Source of the DNA: Octopus bimaculoides
Lineage: Eukaryota
Length of the DNA: 64,000 nt
Reading direction: 5' to 3'
NCBI RefSeq assembly: GCF_001194135.2
Contig: NC_068985.1
Coordinates: forward strand, 125,869,845-125,933,844
A model generated the notes under the pieces. The model saw only the letters and a list, made by a program, of their open reading frames with translations. It was not told where the DNA came from and made no database searches. Below, piece after piece: positions 59,783-64,000 of the stretch; the first letter of the stretch is position 1; the number at the start of each line of letters is the position of its first letter. The position numbers and the translations under genes were made by a program.

Positions 59783-60870
59783 ATATGTTTCTGTCTGCGT
59801 TTGTCCCCCAACATCGCTTGACAACCGATGCTGGTGTGTTTACGTCCCCGTAACTTAGCGGTTCGGCAAAAGAGACCGATAGAATAAGTACTAGGCTTCC
59901 AAAGAATAAGTCCTGGGGTCGATTTGCTCGACTAAAGGCGGTGCTCCAGCATGGCCACAGTCAAATGACTGAAACAAGTAAATGAGTAAATGAGTAAATG
60001 AGATACACACAAACATTCTTGCACTTCCTATCAGCTGTAAAAACCTACTAGATAACATTAGCAATAGAATTTCCAACCTCTCTTCCTCCGAAAAAAATTT
60101 CGATAAGGTAGTCCTTAGTAAAATAATGTCCAGATTACAGAGATCTCATCATTCCGAACCCGAACAAGAATCAAAGTTACAAATAGACCCAGGAAAATTA
60201 TATGGTTCACCCGCTTCTTTCTCTTTAAATGCTAGAACTAATGTAGGCAATACATTCTTGGTACTGATAGATTCTTATTTCCCCAATAGTCTTAGATATA
60301 GGCAAATTTTTAATAGTCGTTCAATGAAGGTGCCTACAGCTGCAAATCGTATACGAAAACCTTTACTTCACATTGGTCAACCCGGATTCTTAGTCTTGAC
60401 CGTAACTTCGGGATCCCAGTTACATACACACTAGGCCAGTCATGCATAGGTAGCTCAATTATCTACAACGCCGAAGTTGCCTCCGTTCTGCAAAGTAACG
60501 AAATCAAACCGACATATTGGATTGTGTAATAGTGACTTCAAAAAATATGCTTCAACTATCAGTCCTCTCCCAGATATGTTGACACGAAGAATAGCACAGA
60601 GCTCGCATGTTGGAAGAGTTGGAAGATGTCAATATACCATACACTGTTGAGAGGAACCTCGTAGAAAGATGAAGGACATATATCAACCGCTCAAAAATAT
60701 ACAAGATCTGTATGTTGAAACAAGGCATACCACCTAATGAGAACGAAGAAATATACCGTCTTCCTAACTTGAATTCGGAAATATTTACAAGATTTATACA
60801 TATCGTCAAATTTCTGTTGTCATACTACAGGACGCCTACCTCACCGGGTGAGATACACTGATAAACAAAC
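58803..60870 (+). mobile_element. Penelope-like retroelement fossil, RT followed by C-terminal GIY-YIG region, interrupted by microsatellite, gap and SINE
   Basis: Broken translation FTQVDIVDF, IMHARKTLLFS, KLFDVF, NIGLYRDDGLG (RT catalytic motif), FSLNARTNVGNTFLVLIDSYFP, KNSTELA...NIPYTV...LNSEIFTRFIH. Confidence 0.85.
59785..59995 (+). mobile_element. SINE 3' half, close to consensus, inserted in the Penelope-like fossil
   Basis: Nearly identical to the tail of 44396-44769; ends in (aatgagta)n. Confidence 0.85.
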
Positions 60871-61092
60871 TTTGGCCTTTAAATTAACTCTTCTAGTTGA
60901 AGATTTCGACATTCACTTTATGATATTTAATTCCTCAGTTAAAGCATTATACACTCAAACGTTAACGGTATTCTTACGTTCGGGTCTTACATTTAATAGA
61001 ACATAAACTAGTGTAGTCAATCTATCTATGTGCGTATGAATTTGTATGTGTGTGTGTGTGTTTGTGTTTGTGTTTGTGTGCGCGCGTGTGTT

Positions 61093-61160
<68 letters not shown>

Positions 61161-61182
61161 CGCGCGCGCGTGTATATGTGTG

Positions 61183-61983
61183 TACGAGGTCTGTTCCAGA
61201 AATTTAAAGACTTTCTTATGAGAGGCAGTTATAACTGTGCTAGAATTTTGAAATTTTAATATATCATTGCTATACATTTAATACGCTAATGCATCAACTT
61301 TTGCTTTTCCAGATTGAAGGAGACATATACACTGCTTGTTACAGCTGACCAGTTGGCAGAATGCATTCGAGATGTGTAAAAGTTTGGAAGCGCGCTACGA
61401 GTTTTGCGTTAAACTGGGCAAAAACGCTAAGAAGCTTATGAAATGCTCTAGACTGCTTAATCATTAACATATATTGGCCGAGCATCTGTTTTTCTCTGGC
61501 ACAAGCGGCCCGGCAAAGTAAGTCTACCGGAAAGCTCATCATGATCCCCCTTTTTGGTACTAAAGGCATCGTCTACATCCACTGGCTTCCCTCTGGTCAC
61601 ACTGTTCTCAAAATGATATTGAAATTTCGTTGCAAAAGGCCAAAAAACCTGTACCAGGGCAGCGCACAAGTCCACAATTCCATCTTGGTAACCAATTATT
61701 TGACACAAACTGTCCCTCACCATCCCTACATTTCAAATCTTGTCCTCTGACTTTTGGTTATACTCCAAGCTGATTGATATGATGAAGGGAGTTGTGACAA
61801 GGATCTTGCGCACCTTAACTATGGAGGACTCCCGAGGGGCCTTCACGAAGGGACCGAATTGCTACAAGAGATACAATGAAATCAGTGGATGCTACTTCGA
61901 AGGAAATTAGAGCCTTAAACCTCTTTGAAATTAATAAATGTCTTTCTTGAAAAAATCTCAAAACTACTGGAATACATCTTGTA
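61183..61983 (+). mobile_element. mariner-like transposon fossil, internally deleted, TA-bounded with imperfect TIRs
   Basis: Left tacgaggtctgttccaga versus right reverse complement tacaagatgtattccagt; remnants EFCVKLGKNA, ASVFLWHKR, FGTKGIVYIHWLPSGHTV, HHPYISNLVL*(D)FWL (cf. HPPYSPDLAP-DFWL). Confidence 0.8.
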
Positions 61984-62393
61984 ACGTAACAGATTTTTCC
62001 GTCTTGTTTTATATTATATTATATTATAACATATCATATTACATTAAATTATGTTATGAGATATTCTATTATATTGTACCATATTATATTATATATGCAT
62101 GTGCACATGTGTTTGATTGTAAGGGAAGGTATAATATATTAATATTTACTCCGAAACTTTCAAAAAGTTTTCACAAAGAAAAGTTTCCATGTAACTGTCA
62201 GAATTTCCTGTAAAAAATCAATAAATCTGTTAGTCTACTGAAAACAACTGGGTGATGATTCATTGTAATGTTCAATTGTTTTGTATATAACTTTACATGA
62301 AATTAACATTCACGTACATACAACTGCACACACACACACATACACACACACACACACACACTCACACACACACATATATATATGTATGTATGT

Positions 62394-62427
<34 letters not shown>

Positions 62428-63170
62428 ATATNNNNNNNNNNNNNNNNNNNNNNNNNNNNNNNNNNNNNNNNNNNNNNNNNNNNNNNNNNNNNNNNNNNNN
62501 NNNNNNNNNNNNNNNNNNNNNNNNNNNNNNNNNNNNNNNNNNNNNNNNNNNNNNNNNNNNNNNNNNNNNNNNNNNNNNNNNNNNNNNNNNNNNNNNNNNN
62601 NNNNNNNNNNNNNNNNNNNNNNNNNNNNNNNNNNNNNNNNNNNNNNNNNNNNNNNNNNNNNNNNNNNNNNNNNNNNNNNNNNNNNNNNNNNNNNNNNNNN
62701 NNNNNNNNNNNNNNNNNNNNNNNNNNNNNNNNNNNNNNNNNNNNNNNNNNNNNNNNNNNNNNNNNNNNNNNNNNNNNNNNNNNNNNNNNNNNNNNNNNNN
62801 NNNNNNNNNNNNNNNNNNNNNNNNNNNNNNNNNNNNNNNNNNNNNNNNNNNNNNNNNNNNNNNNNNNNNNNNNNNNNNNNNNNNNNNNNNNNNNNNNNNN
62901 NNNNNNNNNNNNNNNNNNNNNNNNNNNNNNNNNNNNNNNNNNNNNNNNNNNNNNNNNNNNNNNNNNNNNNNNNNNNNNNNNNNNNNNNNNNNNNNNNNNN
63001 NNNNNNNNNNNNNNNNNNNNNNNNNNNNNNNNNNNNNNNNNNNNNNNNNNNNNNNNNNNNNNNNNNNNNNNNNNNNNNNNNNNNNNNNNNNNNNNNNNNN
63101 NNNNNNNNNNNNNNNNNNNNNNNNNNNNNNNNNNNNNNNNNNNNNNNNNNNNNNNNNNNNNNTGTGTGTG

Positions 63171-63209
<39 letters not shown>

Positions 63210-63607
63210 AGAACATTTATTCGTGACGAAATATGTAATGCTTCTATTGTATTGTATGAACTTATTGTTTCATATAAAGTAGACTCTATTACATTGAGTT
63301 TTCTGTTCTTTTATACGATAATAGGGTCGTTCTCTCAAAATCTAGTTTCTTTATATAATTTTTTTATATATGTTTTGCTCTAGTAGATATTTGTCCTTAA
63401 ATTTAAATCAGTTCTCTCGCCTATGTATTTCTGATAAGATTTTTTAATATCTGTATATTACTTCCATTAGAAATATTCCTGGAAAATGGTACACCATACT
63501 CTTCCTTTTGCTTTTTTTCTCTCTGCTACACTCAGTCATTCACTTGATATTGCATATAACACAGACACAGGCACTCGCGAGTCTACACGTGCACACTCAG
63601 AAATTTA

Positions 63608-63631
63608 TAGATAGATAGATAGATAGATAGG

Positions 63632-63687
<56 letters not shown>

Positions 63688-63702
63688 GAGATAGATAGAC
63701 AA

Positions 63703-63756
<54 letters not shown>

Positions 63757-63784
63757 CGATAGATAGATAGATAGATAGATACAG

Positions 63785-63857
<73 letters not shown>
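63608..63857. repeat. (GATA)n tetranucleotide array
   Basis: Direct reading. Other (GATA)n, (TA)n, (CA)n, (GA)n and (TACA)n arrays occur throughout the window. Confidence 0.97.
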
Positions 63858-64000
63858 TACATTCATACATGCTTATATATAACATAAATATCTATGAATA
63901 TACGTATTTTTTATATATGTATTTCATATATATGCATATATATGGATATATATGTATATACATCTATATATATGTACATATATATATATATATATATATA

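Noticed and set aside
60670-60672. In-frame TGA at an apparently Cys-equivalent position of the Penelope-like fossil (selenocysteine idea)
   Set aside because: The element has many other stops and frameshifts; simple decay explains it.

Overview
AT-rich, microsatellite-saturated animal genomic scaffold with many N gaps, almost all flanked by simple repeats. The SINE/LINE/transposon content looks like octopus (inference from recognised repeat types). Nearly all supplied ORFs are low-complexity or gap artefacts. One host gene is visible on the minus strand and is missed by the ORF track as a unit: a secreted neuropeptide/peptide-hormone precursor. A signal-peptide exon (14178-14266, MTRHILILSIVGMVLVSLVNA-RYIPEEEL) splices in frame, across about 10 kb of repeat-filled intron, to either or both of two duplicated phase 2-2 cassette exons (3900-4013 and 2880-2999). 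Each cassette encodes an RSKR furin site followed by a different Gln-initiated 34-36 aa peptide with a helix-like N-terminal half and a C-x4-C ring. From memory these resemble the invertebrate PTH-like/PXXXamide group. The terminal coding exon and the 5' UTR exon(s) could not be fixed. The rest of the window is mobile-element debris: two R4/Dong-like LINE fragments plus a 555-bp non-coding element chained through (TAA)n arrays, an RTE LINE fragment, two maT-like (DD37D) and one mariner-like fossil, two YRDDG-type Penelope-like fossils, many tRNA-derived SINEs (three with clear target-site duplications) and degenerate hammerhead-like motifs.
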